DNA of 63,618 bases, the filler included, from Octopus bimaculoides (taxonomy: Eukaryota): the NCBI RefSeq assembly GCF_001194135.2. It is 4 parts of 3 records of this genome, joined end to end, with 100 filler letters (N's around TTAATTAATTAA, not from the genome) between each part and the next. Parts side by side here need not be neighbours in the genome. Positions count along the whole stretch, not along the records: positions 1 to 19,010 come from NC_068999.1; 3 more parts are not named here. The stretch is one strand, 5' to 3'. Made by a program: the position numbers and the translations under genes. Shown here piece after piece: positions 1-13,730 of this stretch. Under the pieces are notes generated by a model that was not told where the DNA came from, made no database searches, and was given only the letters and a program-made list of their open reading frames with translations. Numbering within the stretch: position 1 is the first letter of the stretch; every line of letters begins with the position of its first letter.

Positions 1-36
<36 letters not shown>
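1..36. repeat. (TA)n microsatellite forming the tail or target of the adjacent Penelope-like terminus
   Basis: Direct read of the sequence. Confidence 0.95.
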
Positions 37-37
<1 letters not shown>

Positions 38-225
38 GGAGAATTCACAAAAAAACAACTGTCGAAGACAGGTGGTGTAGAAAAGAAATGCATGTATTAG
101 TATAATGCTCGTGAATTGAAAAAGTCTTTAACGTTTCGAGCCTACGCTCTTCCACAGAAAGGAACACAGAAAGAGACAAGGAGAGAAAAAAATGTGTGTA
201 GTGGTTAGCGATCTATCATGGCGAA
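37..225 (-). mobile_element. Penelope-like element terminal (pLTR-type) fragment, copy 1
   Basis: Alignable by eye to 42730-42900 (ggagaa...gaagacaggtggtgta...tgtattagtat...aagtctttaacgtttcgagc(c)tacgctcttc). It contains the GAAACGT hammerhead-type motif typical of PLE termini and abuts (TA)n. Family assignment is inference. Confidence 0.6.
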
Positions 226-1860
226 TAAATATATATATTTGATGGACGTAAACAGTAACACCGTCCGTTACAGGTTGGATACAAATTCATAAAATAAAAG
301 AAGGGAAGAGGGAAGACGAAAGAGCAGGGCCTCGAGATGAAGCCAGAAGGCTCAATGTGTGTGTGTGCGTGTATGGATGCCTGTCTTTATGCGTTTGTGT
401 TTAAGTGTGAGAATTTTAGTAGCAATAGACAACGTGAATCTGTTGACTCAAGTCAATGAGGCAGATTTGATAATTAGGAAAATACAAAATATCGCATGGT
501 TTCTTTTTTTGTACACATAGAACTATACTCCCTGTTTGACCTTTTCTATTATAATGTGCTAAACATGCATACACTGACGTAACATACACGAACACATATA
601 CGCATCTGTGTATGCATGTTTTGTTTCCCTCATACATACATACATACATATTCTTTAAATTTGTATTTGTGTGTTGTGTGGCATGGTGTTATACGTTTCT
701 ATCAATGGACTCTGCGACCTAACACAGTTCACAAAGTCGTCATTTTTGTGTGTCGTTTTATTAAATAAAAATCTTTTTGTTTGTCAGTGATTTCTTTTCA
801 TTGGTGAGGAGGCGAACTGTTATTTTCTTCGCATAATTAGAGAGTTAAGTCATTTTGGCAATAAAATAATTGTTGTTTTTATTTTGTGATTCTCTTAATT
901 ACTTTGTCTTTGATCATTCCATTACGAGGCAACAACATATTTCACTAATTATTCTGAGGTTAGCAAGGCTAATTTGTCAGTCTTCTCGTCTGCTCGATTT
1001 ATGAAATGAAATAAAATCAATTGAATTCTCAATAATCATTTCTCAAGGATTGTCTTCCAATAGACGTAAACATTTAACATATAAAAACCACAAATCTACA
1101 CATGATCTATATTAAATTCACCATTCAACGATATAATTTCAAATCCTACCTGTGTCTCTGTTGCACTTCCTAATTTCAATTACGACTGATCTGTTTGTTG
1201 TACAATGTATTAAAGTTTAAAGGTTATATTAGGTTGTCAGATTCGTTTGTCTTATTTTTCTACTCAGCACATTTTTATGTCTGAAAAATGGTAAAATATT
1301 CTAGATTAAAAAACGAGAATCAAAATTTGTAGAGAAAAAAGCCCATAAAACACCACGTTAAAATCTATCTAGTGTTAATTCAAATAACACATTGGAGATG
1401 ATTAAAATAAGCAGAGAAAAAACCGAATGAATGTGTCTGACAACCCAATAGAAAAGACAATTCTTTTTCAAATTATTTTGGCATTAAGCACTTCTTTTTT
1501 ACAAGGGTTGATTAAATGCTGTTTGCTGTTGTTGCTGCTTTACTCTATGTCAGCCACGACTGACAGAAGTATGAACAAATGCATTCCGATCGGGCTATTG
1601 TAGTTCTTACGTACAAGCTGGTTTTTATTGAACAGTATGACGTTCTTATTTCAAATGATTTGGGTTTTATTTGAGGGAATTTGGTAGCTAATCTTGATGA
1701 TGGATTCACCATATAAAGGCTTTATTCCTCCTATCTTTGAATGAGAAGTAAAACAGCTGCTGCCATATTGTGCTTCTAACGTTTAATTAGTGACATTCTA
1801 TTTCTTTTATACAATATTTTCGTTCAATGACCGTAATAGGACTTGTTGGTCTCTTGGCAG

Positions 1861-1915
1861 ATCCGATGATAACGGCAGGGATGCTGACATGGACTTCGAT
1901 TTAGAGACAAAATAG
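1861..1915 (+). CDS. Candidate terminal coding exon (SDDNGRDADMDFDLETK*)
   Basis: Acceptor ttgttggtctcttggcag is followed by a phase-2 open frame to TAG, then AT-rich sequence. No homology recognised. Confidence 0.2.
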
Positions 1916-2574
1916 AGGTCATTTTTAAGGCCTAAACACATACGTAAATCATATCCATTTAATATCAATTCCTAAAATAAAGAATGAATAGTAATTTGAA
2001 TGGGGTCACCATTTTGAATGGGGTCACCTACTAACAATTCAAAGAAAGCCTAAATTTCATATTTCATCAAGAGCTATTCCAGATCTGTTTAATCAATTGG
2101 GTCTCTTTCTATACTGTGCTTGGGAGATTGATACTTTGACTTGCAGTTATGTTGTGGTAGTCCATTAGACTGTGCATCTTTGTTCTTGTGCCAACATCAA
2201 AACTTAATCTCAAAGTAAGAAAAGTATAGCTTTTTACTAAATGTTTTTTCTTCAATTGTATGAGGTCACATTGCAGATTAAATATCCACATGGGTGTAAT
2301 CAGCCTGTTATTTCTCCAAGATCGATGCCAACAACCAAAGGTTATATACTGTTGCTGCTGTTTCGGTCGCTTATCTTCACCAGGTCGCTATGTGGTGCTA
2401 TGCCAAAATTTGAAATCAATATATTTCGATGGTTTTATTGAAAAAAAAAGACCTGACTCAACCAAGAGAAAGAAGCGTTTTCATTATTTTCTGATGTCAA
2501 GACGTGGTGTGATTTGATCTCAGAATTCACAGGACGGGAGCGGACACAGCGAAGCATCAAATGCAACTTTCTAA

Positions 2575-2735
2575 CTGTTCCGTCAATCTATGACTCTGGA
2601 CTGATGCTTAATGTTATTGACCTCGAAAGGATGAAACACAAGGTTGACTTCTGCGGGGTTTGAACTCAGAGCGCAGAGAGTCGGAATAGATGTGGTATGT
2701 TATAATACGCACTGCTGTAAATTCTGCAAATTCAC
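2575..2735 (-). mobile_element. Degenerate tRNA-derived SINE (Octopus-type family A)
   Basis: Reverse complement of the core gttctgagttcaaa...gtcgactttgcctttcatcctttcggggtcgata seen in intact copies at 44781 and 53676. Confidence 0.7.
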
Positions 2736-3522
2736 AGCCATTTCTTAATTCTGCTGCTTACGACAACTAATCACGGTTTTTTGTTTTTTTTTTGTTTTGG
2801 TGGTGGCAGGGAAATATCGTTCCCCAGATGTCTATATTTCGAACGGCTTCGCTTCAAAACGCATGGTTTCTGATTCGTTTCTTCAGTGCATTAGTTTAGT
2901 CACGTGGCTTAGATTTGTAAATGAAATAAAATAGACGTAAATAGAGTGAAAGACTGTTGGATAAAGTGTTCTTGTTTGGTATTTGATTTTATTGGTCGGC
3001 CAGTGGAACTTCGTGTCATCCCTTGGAATTGGCTTTTTCGGGTCTTTATTAGAATCCAATCTACTTTAAACATTCATAGCTCCAACGAATTTTTGAGACC
3101 CTGCTTCGACTCTTGGCTTTCCAGAGACTAAGCCATAGCAACTGAGACACATTAGAAAATGGATTACCAGATACTTAGGAATTATTAAATAAGGTAGACT
3201 TAGACAACCATCAAATAATGCCATAATGAACAAGCCAGGATTACTTTCGACAAAATTAATGATTGTCGAGGTTTAATATAGAGCTCTCTTTTACCATAGT
3301 AAAATAATTAAGAATAAACGAAAGCAATTTTCAATATCTTAGACTAATACCAAATTTAAAAGCAATTTCCAAAATAAGAGACAGGAAAATCCTGAAGCCA
3401 AACCAGCTTCTGAGAATGGTTACATCCTTGGTGTTTCACGTTTAAAACCAACCTAGCGTCGATCCACCATGTATGGCACCAGTTTTAATAAAGAAATAAT
3501 CACCGATTGTACATACATACGC

Positions 3523-3525
<3 letters not shown>

Positions 3526-3608
<83 letters not shown>
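3526..3608. repeat. (CA)n microsatellite
   Basis: Direct read. Confidence 0.97.
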
Positions 3609-3609
<1 letters not shown>

Positions 3610-4355
3610 GATTGTGCTCTTGTACTTCAAATGCACGACAGCTATGTCAGCCACGATATGAAGGGATTTTGCTTCAGCCCTAAGTTTACGGTTTATGTTT
3701 TGGTAGAATGTTCTGACACATACAACTTTAATTTAATAAGCGTGTAATTCAGTTGATCAAACAATTGAAATCATATCACCGAATTCGACGGAGAGCTACC
3801 CCCCCCCCACACAGACACACACTCACACACACACACATACATATGCGCAGACAACCGACTAGATCGCCAGTTATGACTCTTGTTCACTTCAAATGTTTGG
3901 TTTCTCTGCCAAATAGAGGAATCAATACTTTATTATCTTTTCATTGATATATACTCTATGTTAATTAGGAACAAAATGGAAAGCAAAACAATAAAAAAAT
4001 AAAAGATTAAAACCTACAAACAACACATAACAATGAAAAATTTCAGCGACAAAGCACCCTCGTCCGAAAAAAAAAAACGATAAAAATTAAAATAAAAAAT
4101 TCAGTGCTCAGAGTCATATAAAATGGTAGAAGACATATTAAATGGTAGGGAAGCAGAATATCAGAAAATACATTAAGAATAACAAATGTCGTTAAAATTG
4201 ATTTATCTACGTCTTCTCGTCGTCATCATCTCCGACGTCGTCGTCCTCAATTCTTATTCTGTTGTAAATTAGCATTCTGTGATATTGGCCACAAATGACT
4301 TAAGTTTTAGTTTGGTTGCCGTATAGAATAATCGAAGGGACATCGATATGATAAA

Positions 4356-4356
<1 letters not shown>

Positions 4357-4409
<53 letters not shown>
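4357..4409. repeat. Compound (TGC)n(TGA)n trinucleotide repeat
   Basis: Direct read; it explains the poly-Q/H/S ORFs in the track. Confidence 0.95.
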
Positions 4410-4780
4410 CCAGACGCCATATGTATGCAACAATGAAGGAATGTACGTAAATATGTACACTCGTTTATGTTTGTTTTAATGAATATATTTTTACGCCAAT
4501 ACATAAATATATCGTTTGTTTACTAACTTTAGTCATTGGACAGCTGCCATTGTATAGTAACGTCTACGAATATTTTAGCCAATCATAACATCGAACCCAT
4601 TAGTTTTACATTTTATTTGTTTATAGACTCAAGTTTTATTTATTTTATCGCTCTCAGTTTATCGATACATTAATTTATTACTTCGACAGAAATGACAAAC
4701 AGTACACATCAACACCTGTTTAAATTTGCAACATAAACAGGTACAAATATAATCACTTATACATAATATATATATGTATA

Positions 4781-4824
<44 letters not shown>

Positions 4825-5037
4825 TACATAAATACATACACGCACATACTATATTTACACACACATACTCACACACACACAGACATAACATTTCAACTTA
4901 GTTCCACATTTCTTAAATTTTCATGCGGACAGGACATGTCCAGCGAATAAGGTTTTCGAAAACAGATCGATGAGAAGCACAAAGAAATTCTAAATGCATT
5001 CTGGGTATTTTAGTCAGTATGAACCGGTTCAGCTCAC

Positions 5038-5140
5038 CTGATCGTTTTGCTATTATAGCGACGTAATATATTATTAGTTTCAAAGAAAACATACTGTTCC
5101 TCCAGTGTAGGCACTGGGAAAAAATCACCTCCATTTTCTG
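5038..5140 (-). CDS. Candidate internal exon (xENGGDFFPVPTLEEQYVFFETNNILRRYNSKTIR), phase 1 to 2
   Basis: Two in-frame acceptors (atatctccag, ttttttcccag) and a strong donor cag|gtgagc. An in-frame TGA lies just past the donor. Phase-compatible with the 6365 donor of the upstream candidate exon. Confidence 0.4.
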
Positions 5141-5289
5141 CTGGAGATATTAGCAGAAATGTCTAATGCCTGTCGTGACGACTACTTGAAGCTTCCACAC
5201 ACACACAAAAAAAAAAATCAAAAGAAAATGTGGAACAAATGGTCAACTATGAACGGAGTGTCCAATTTAAATACATGCATAACTATACA

Positions 5290-5515
5290 TACATATTTAC
5301 ATGCACACAGACCTATTTACGTAGACATAGCAATAACGAGGACTTGTGCAACATAGAATACCTAGGTTTTAATCTTCAACTGGGAAAGTTCGTAATTATT
5401 TTCACTGACCAATTTAGAAATATTAGTTAATGAATTTGTTGCATTATCCGGTTATTAACAAGAAACACAATTTTGTGAAGACAATCAGTAAAAGATATTG
5501 TAACCTAGCCTCATA
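5290..5515 (+). mobile_element. Highly degenerate Penelope-like RT C-terminal fragment
   Basis: The translations NIEYLGFNLQL and HYPVINKKHNFVKTISKRYCNLAS resemble the PLE motifs (V/I)NYLDVNxNL and HPPxIxKNxxKxISKRISNLSS. Confidence 0.35.
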
Positions 5516-5704
5516 CAAAACCGTGTGTTGTATGTATGCATGCACATGGGTTCCGAATCTGAGGAGAAGAGAAATTGTTTTCACTGCAGATGGTCAGAGA
5601 GTCTCTCTTTGTCATGAATACATGAACAGGGAAAGAAATATTTGTATTTGCTTGGCAACTGTCCCAGCTTGCGTGTGTTTAAATTCATATCTACCCCTAC
5701 CATG

Positions 5705-5735
<31 letters not shown>

Positions 5736-5736
5736 T

Positions 5737-5786
<50 letters not shown>

Positions 5787-6332
5787 TTATCTACATCACA
5801 TATATGTGTATATACTTATATATATGTGTGTGTCTGTGTGCAAGCGTGCGCGCATGCAAGCACAGACTGTTCAAACACACGCGCACACATACACTCACGC
5901 GCGCAAACACATACACAGACATATAAGTGGGTTTCTAATGGGTGTGTATGAGATGCTATGTATATGTGTACGAGTGTTTGGCTCTTTTTATGCATATATT
6001 ATATCTATGTCAATAAACAGAGAAAATTAACAAAGTGTGAAAGAGTAGAAAGCGAAATGTTGGTTGGTTCCTGTCTGAAGAATGATGAATGACGTCAAAT
6101 TATTATTCCCTATTCTGAATAACCTATTGACGTGTTCGTTAATGGATTAAATTCGCTTCATGTTTCGTAGCAGCTTTACTCATTTCTATAGTCCTGCTTA
6201 AATATAATCGGACAAAAACACACACAAACACACATACACACACACACACATGCATATATATATACATATATACATTCATACATACATATATACATAATGT
6301 ATCACCTTTAAACTTTCTATCGGTATTCAAAT

Positions 6333-6526
6333 CTACAGGATTACAAGATCACAGCGAAGATTACTAGCAAATAATAATACAAGAATGAGAACGAGACGAG
6401 AAAGCAGAAGTGTCTCTCGCTGGTCCTGTTGCCTGCTGGAGGTATCAGCTGAAAGTTTCTCGTAATTCAATTTCTCTCCTACGCCCCGCATAAATTCACA
6501 GATATCCCTCATGCTAGCATGATCGT
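6333..6526 (-). CDS. Candidate coding exon with hydrophobic signal/anchor segment (MRDICEFMRGVGEKLNYEKLSADTSSRQQDQRETLLLSRLVLILVLLFASNLRCDLVIL*)
   Basis: Very strong acceptor (long T tract ...cttgtctttaacccagtgcag), a 64-codon open frame, CpG-rich context and a hydrophobic stretch. A possible internal phase-1 donor lies at 6365 (gcta|gtaatc). Confidence 0.4.
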
Positions 6527-8369
6527 CTGCACTGGGTTAAAGACAAGAAAAAAAAAAAAAGAAAGAAACGTAAGGAAAGGTTGTTAAGTCCGACGATAAC
6601 GGTCACCTGCAAAATTTATCCGTCGTTGTTCGATCGTCTTTTCCAGTATCGCATAGAACTTTTTCTACTTGTCTTCATATTTTTAATTGAATAGCTTAAG
6701 CCGTTTAATGAATACTTAGCGTTTCCGCACATTTCTGCAATAGTTATGTTGTTATCCTCCAACACTCTCTGCGTTTCCCCATCATTCAGGATGGACAATA
6801 TTTCCCTTTCATCCATAGAGAAATGGTTGTCGTATTTTATTTTTCTCCTTTTCGCGTTCCGTGTTCTTTAATTAATAAAAATATTTTCTCCCTCTCCGTT
6901 TAGCTACTTTCAGAGAAAAGCCCCTTTAATTTTCTAATAATGCTTACTATTTATGAGAGTTCTAAATTTCTTTGTTTCTATGGCCTATATATTCCTGCTT
7001 CAGTATTTTACGTTTTATATTCTAAATCATCTCATAACATATATGTATATATATATATATATATNNNNNNNNNNNNNNNNNNNNNNNNNNNNNNNNNNNN
7101 NNNNNNNNNNNNNNNNNNNNNNNNNNNNNNNNNNNNNNNNNNNNNNNNNNNNNNNNNNNNNNNNNNNNNNNNNNNNNNNNNNNNNNNNNNNNNNNNNNNN
7201 NNNNNNNNNNNNNNNNNNNNNNNNNNNNNNNNNNNNNNNNNNNNNNNNNNNNNNNNNNNNNNNNNNNNNNNNNNNNNNNNNNNNNNNNNNNNNNNNNNNN
7301 NNNNNNNNNNNNNNNNNNNNNNNNNNNNNNNNNNNNNNNNNNNNNNNNNNNNNNNNNNNNNNNNNNNNNNNNNNNNNNNNNNATATATATATATATATAT
7401 ATATACACATATTTATGTATATATGTATGTATATATAGAAGATATGTACATATACATACACACCTACACATATGCACACATACATACTTACATACACACA
7501 TACATGCATGCATGCCTGTATGTATATATATATGTATGTATATGTATGTATTATGTGAGTTACCATTCTTTCGTTTCTTACTCAATATCCGATTCATTAT
7601 ATTAAATAAATAGCTAATTACAAGAGTAACTAATGTCCTTAAACTAATTATATTGTTGTTCCTCTTATGTTCGTTTTACTAATCTCATTTACCTTCAGCA
7701 TGTTTCATTTTAAATGCTACTTTCACTGTCATACGCTACGTAATGTCTTCCTGGGTACCTAAATATGTTCTCTTTCGCCAAACCTTAACGTTCTATTCTT
7801 TTATTAGTTTTGCTGCACTTTTGTGCAGCAGTTTTCTAAGTCATATGCAGATACAAATAAACATAAAGCATCCGTTGGCTCTTCTCTGTCTTTTGATTAA
7901 CTGTCTTGGATAATGTTTTCGCTTCTTCCTCTTTTATAGTTCTCAAGAGTTCAATTTTTTTTTATATATATACTTACAATTGTTCAGCTTCAGATAAACA
8001 ATGTTTAATATTTATTCTGGTTCTTTACATACTTAGTTCAAATCTTACATTCTTAGTTCAAATCTCTCTGGATCAATAAAAAATAAAGCCCTTCTTGTAC
8101 TTAGGTCGCTGTAATGTAGTAATGACCACCACTGAAAACTGCAAACGTCGTACTGAAATTAGAAACTATTTTATAACCATTCTTATACGCTTATTAGAAA
8201 CATTTCTGTCGGCTTTACCAACACATAATAACTTTTAACAATTAAGGAAAATGAAGAGAAAAAAAAAAAGAAAAATGTAGAAGAGTAAATAAAGCTTATC
8301 ATAGTATGGAATTAATAATGGAATATAATCGGTAATTATGCTACATTCTTGGATATTCAAACACCTGGG

Positions 8370-8432
8370 TCGATGTGATCGACATTTTTCTACCCTTGAA
8401 ATTGCTGGCCTTGCCCCAAAATTAGAAACCAA
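8370..8432 (+). mobile_element. SINE 3' fragment (family A tail)
   Basis: ctgggtcgatgtgatcgac...aaattgctggccttgccccaaaattagaaacc matches the tails of other copies. Confidence 0.65.
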
Positions 8433-8988
8433 TTTACTAAAACATTCTGACCACCTATTATTCAGCTATATCCTTGGCTGACAGAACACATGAGCTTTCG
8501 ACAAGCAAGGGTGTTAATTTAGCGCACAAGAAAAGAGAAATAATAGCAAAACAACACGACGGAACAATGAAACTGAAAGCGTAGTATTAACCCGAAAAAT
8601 TTCGTTAAGTCCGTATAGGATTTTCATTTTCTGTTCCGTTCTACTCAAGACACGAAAAATTTAAAGTCAGGAATCTATTGTGTAATGCTTAAATTATTAA
8701 CAGAACATGGTAATTGAAAAGTAAGGGTAATCTCTAGAGATATTTGAACTCAAAGATAATTAGACCAGACCATAGAAAGCATTGTGTTTAGTCAATTGAT
8801 CTGAAGATTCCGCGAAGCCAGGCGTATTAGTGTTACCAAAATATCAGACATAACGCATTCTGCAGCATAAATTCCCCAAAGACGAAGATAATCCTAAAAT
8901 GTCTGATTCTTAAAGTATTAACAACTCTTTCACCGCTTTATCTTACTGATCGCTAATTTCCAATAGACATTTGTCTCGGAGCCAACCG

Positions 8989-9049
<61 letters not shown>

Positions 9050-10139
9050 ATACATAGGTACGTAGATAAAGTAAGAGATACGAATTTAGCCTAAATATCA
9101 CCACACACTCGCATATACAGGTAGATTGATAGAAGCAAATTTAATGTAGATATAAACATATAACTATATATTATATGAATATCTATATGTATGTGTGTGT
9201 TTGTGCGTGTGTGTGTGCGTTAGTGTACCTATCTATCTATGTATATATGCATGTGCATTCTGAGAAAAACTTTTAGGGTGAAATTTCTAGATAACAAGAA
9301 TTAGCGAAATGCTTCAAGCAAGGGACATAAGATTTCAACAATCTATACATGTACTAATAGATTGCGTTGAGACTACAATCGTTTATATATGTGTGTGTTC
9401 GTGTGTTTGTGTGCGTGTAGATGTATTTATGCATATGTATATATGTATATGTGCGTATGTATATATACAAACGTTCTCTGAATTCCTTCTTTCCTCTCTG
9501 ATAAAGGCTACCACTACATGCTTCTTTCTTTGCTGTACTTACCTTCACCGTACCCTTTTTTGATTATTGATTTTATTTTTCTTATATTATATTATATTCC
9601 TACATTATATTCTTATATTATATTCCTACATTGCTTCCTCTCTTATATGTTTGCTTGTCTAGATCCTTGTATCTCTTGTGTATTTTCTTTCCCCCACCTC
9701 TTTCTTCATAGTCTCTCTTGTGATATTCATGGCATGTTTAGCAATGTCTCATTTTTATTCCATTCTCTCTGAGAAGAGTTATTTATACAGGCTGTAAATT
9801 ATATGGATGATTGTTGTAACTGATCTCACATATTCTCTCATGACTGTAGTCGGTTGTTGTTAGTGTTCATGTTGTTGTTGTTGTTTAGCACACAGTTCGC
9901 CTTTATTCAGAAGTTGCAAGACTGAAGACATAAAACTCTATAAACCACCTCATCTATTTATTTTGACAAACTGAGGTTTCACTCCGACACCATCTCATGA
10001 CTGTCTTATCTCTCATTTGGCTCCACTTGGTTGATCTAAATCAGTCTTCTATGAGGTGAATAACGATGAACGCTATCTACAGCAAGGAGTTAGTTCTGTT
10101 AAGGGCCCCGTTTCTCGTACATTCACAGTTCATAAGTCT

Positions 10140-10320
10140 GCATGTAGCCGACCCCTCTTATTGTATTCTTTCTTAATCGAAGGTAATTTTAGCCTTGCCA
10201 GCTACACGATGACCTCACTGATGTTGGTGACCTGAAAAAACAAAACAAAACCAATTCTGAGTACACTCTCTGAAATGTTTAGAGTTAGCAAGGAGATCAG
10301 GCCATAGCAACTCTACCAAC
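10140..10320. mobile_element. Degenerate SINE fragment (different family)
   Basis: cttgccagctacacgatgacctcactgatgttggtg...gtacactct resembles a common Octopus SINE segment; a related piece lies at 62495-62680. Recognition is from memory of the family. Confidence 0.45.
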
Positions 10321-10767
10321 GAAAATATTGAAAGCACGATGCAGTCTTCAGACCCATGTCAACCTGTCAAACCTTCCACTCAGACTAACTTCAAAGATAC
10401 ACGTTAACAGATAAGGTAAATGAAAAGGATAAGAATATGATTTTATTCGAAGTGTCATGATTTCAAAAGCGCTGAGTGGCTTCTGAGACGATGTGGATCT
10501 TATATTTTGCGGTTCGCTCGGCCATCTCAGATATTACTGAGAGCAGCGTGGGTGTTAGTATTTATTCATTTACATTTATAAATAATAAATCAGCTTCGAT
10601 ATAGAGCGACAAATAAGAACTGTCCACAGGGACACAATTAGCATGACAAAATAGATAATGTAATAAACATTGCAACTGATTTAATTACAAAATATAACTA
10701 AACGTAAAACAGTAAGATTGAAGAAGTTCAGCCATGTTCATGATCAAAGCATATATATATCTCCAAG

Positions 10768-10798
<31 letters not shown>

Positions 10799-11237
10799 GT
10801 ATTCATGTATGCATATGTGTGTGTGTGTAGAGAGAGAGAGAGAGGTAGGAGAGAGTGAAAGATAGTTACACAGAAGGATTTATATATCAATATAGTAATT
10901 AAATTTAGACATATAAAACAATCAATAAATACTATCATGTGACTATCTCTACAAGTCCGGTGGCGATACAGCATAAATATACATCCTTATTGATATTATA
11001 TATTATGGAACTAGGTGTAAAAAGGATAGATATATCAAACAATAGGCATATGCACATAAAATGTGCACACACCATTTTAATATTCTAGACGTGTAATGGC
11101 ACTCAACTTTAGAATGCAAATTAGAAATCAATTTACGATCATAAAAATGCCAGTTCCATTCCTGCTCTGGAATTTCACCTTTCTCCAGTTCACTCACCAG
11201 TAAGGAGATCTCGGTTAAGTGCTTTGTCTCCCTTCAG

Positions 11238-11336
11238 CTACCCCATTCTAAACCTTCTGATTTGTCAAAGAAGAGGGATGAGAGGGTATCCGCGTACAAA
11301 CGCTTTCTTGGTCAAAATGAAATGGGCCACAATTAA
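11238..11336 (+). CDS. Candidate terminal exon (LPHSKPSDLSKKRDERVSAYKRFLGQNEMGHN*)
   Basis: Strong acceptor gctttgtctcccttcag with a phase-0 open frame to TAA. No homology recognised. Confidence 0.15.
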   Translation, partial: LPHSKPSDLSKKRDERVSAYKRFLGQNEMGHN

Positions 11337-12144
11337 CTTCCAAAGACGTTTTCAACTTCTAATTGAGTTTGGATCTGTCTTTAGTAATTCTCAACAACTT
11401 TTTCCTCCTTCCGTGTATAACTTAGAATTAATAGTGTTTTGTCGTCGCTTCTTGTAATTTTTTTTCTCTAATTCTAGATACACTTTTCCCGTTTTCTGGA
11501 AACATTTTTTATACATTTAAAGAGAATGTTTGTTGTTCTATAGTTTGTAGATATCAGGATACATTATGTGTGCTTCTTAAAGAATTGGGATATTATTTTT
11601 AATCATCGTGTTTATATTGTTTTCTTTGGCTTTGAACTCATAACACGAAAGTAAATAAAACAGACATACTCTTGCTATCCATGTTGTAATGCGGTGGGAT
11701 TAGGCACACCATTAAAGAAATTGCTTATACAGACCTATTAAAGGAAGCATAAAACTACAGTACCTGATATTTTCAATTGTTTAAAACAAAAAAAAAACCT
11801 TTTATTTTATGAAAATCAGTCCAAAAACAAACCTCTGACGATTCTTCACTGGGTATAATGCTACTCACTTTTATTTTATCCTGACGTTTGCTATTATGGA
11901 AAAAAGGAGAAACTGGAGATTTTTTAAGCTTTGTTTTTTCTCAGAAAACTACATACAAAATGTTTTAAAAACATATTTTGTTTTAAAAATGCTATTAAGT
12001 GGAATTAAATTTTAAAATGCTATTAAGTGGGATTAAATTTTCCCCAAAATATTTTGCATACCAGATCATTTGTGCTATAATTATTTATGTCCCATTGTCT
12101 ATTTGTATTTTTTGTGTGAGTGTTTCTAGATAGCTGGGAAACAT

Positions 12145-12385
12145 AAGGCCGGCTACCCGGTTTCCACAGCTTATAAGTGACCGCGATCACAACCTAGCGC
12201 CCTAAAAGAGTCGCTGGTCCGTTGCAGGGTTGGATACCAACAGCTCAGAGGGGAGGTGGTATTATATTTTATCGACCCCAAAATGAGGAAAGGTTATGTT
12301 GACTTTGACGGAATTTGAACAGAGAACGTAAAAAGCAGGAAGAAATGCTGTAAGCTTATTGTTCGACGCGCACTCGATTTTACCA
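12145..12385 (-). mobile_element. Degenerate SINE (family A core with a different 3' part)
   Basis: ttttatcgaccccaaaatgaggaaaggttatgttgactttgacggaatttgaacagagaacgtaaa is the reverse complement of the SINE core. Confidence 0.7.
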
Positions 12386-13690
12386 CTCTCACAGCTTTGT
12401 ATACTTCGTGTATGAGTACAACAATATACTTTTGTTTTACGTTGTTGTTTTTATACATTATGTGGATATATAGTAATCGATATATTTAAATATTCCCATA
12501 AGGAGAAGAAAAAAAACTATTTATTTTGACTGTCGACAAATGTATTACTCACTGAGTTGCAGTAAAGTGTCTGCGAATAAATAATTCATTGATAACTTTT
12601 TCTTCCGAAACAGTAACCATTATGATTCATTTATTCTTTAATCCTATTATTCCAAAACACCTGCAAGAATTTTCTTTCATCTTGCATTCACCTGTAATTA
12701 ACATGTTCCGTGTTTGATTAAATGGCCGACGTTTAATTAGATAAATTTTCAAAAGAATATTATTTATCATTCACCAGAAGAGTCGAGCGGTTGTTGGATT
12801 CTTGCTGACTAATGGTGGTATTAGATCAACTAATTGTGAAGTATTCTCCGTTACGGATAATAACAATAGCATTTAAGTACCTCGGTCCACCTAATTCTAC
12901 GAATAAAGACGTATTTCTTTTGCAGATATCAACATTGATGAATAATCTCCTCTGAAATACTAGATTAAATTCAACTTGATTTATCCATATTACGTACACG
13001 TATTTCTCAGTATACGGTGTTTTAGCACGATATGTAACCATTATGTCAATAAATATCTGGAGTCGTATGGAGACAGACGTGGATATTTTTAATGTTTCCT
13101 GGTATGGAATGAATCACTAGATGTCGATGTTAACGTAACCAGGCTGGAAAGCAGATTTCTCGTTACGGAATGAAGGTTTATGGCAAGGCCTGAGTACGGC
13201 AAAATTTCCGTAACATCGAGAATGCCTGAATTTCTAACGAAGTCAGATGGAGTATTTTAAGGGGGTGGGGCGGGGGGCTAGTGTTGATATCAACAGATGA
13301 TAAAAGTAGATAACTATTAATTATCTTAACGACCGTAGGAAAATAAAAGGCAACGTTAACCTTCTTTGCGATTTGAACGCATCATGCAACAGACTTAACT
13401 CCAAAGGCTATTGTGTCCGTTCGTCTCCTTCCTCATAAAACGTCGCTTTAATTATTGCTCTGTCGTAACTATCAATATGGTGACGTGAAAAGCCAGTTAC
13501 AAGAACTTAAGACATATATTTTAGATCCATATCTTGTTCGTTTTTACCGACATTGAACCTCAGTTAATGTTTTATTTTATTTTTATTAATTATATGCTTC
13601 TAACGATAAAATCTAATGAAACGGATACTCTACGAAATTAGTTTAATAATCTTTAAAATCCGTACAACATTTTTGCAAACTATTTGATAG

Positions 13691-13730
<40 letters not shown>

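Noticed and set aside
12826-13260. 71-aa minus ORF and a plus-strand CFLVWNE motif resembling PLE DDCFIIWNE
   Set aside because: There are no coherent flanking RT motifs or splice structure, so it is too weak to call either way.
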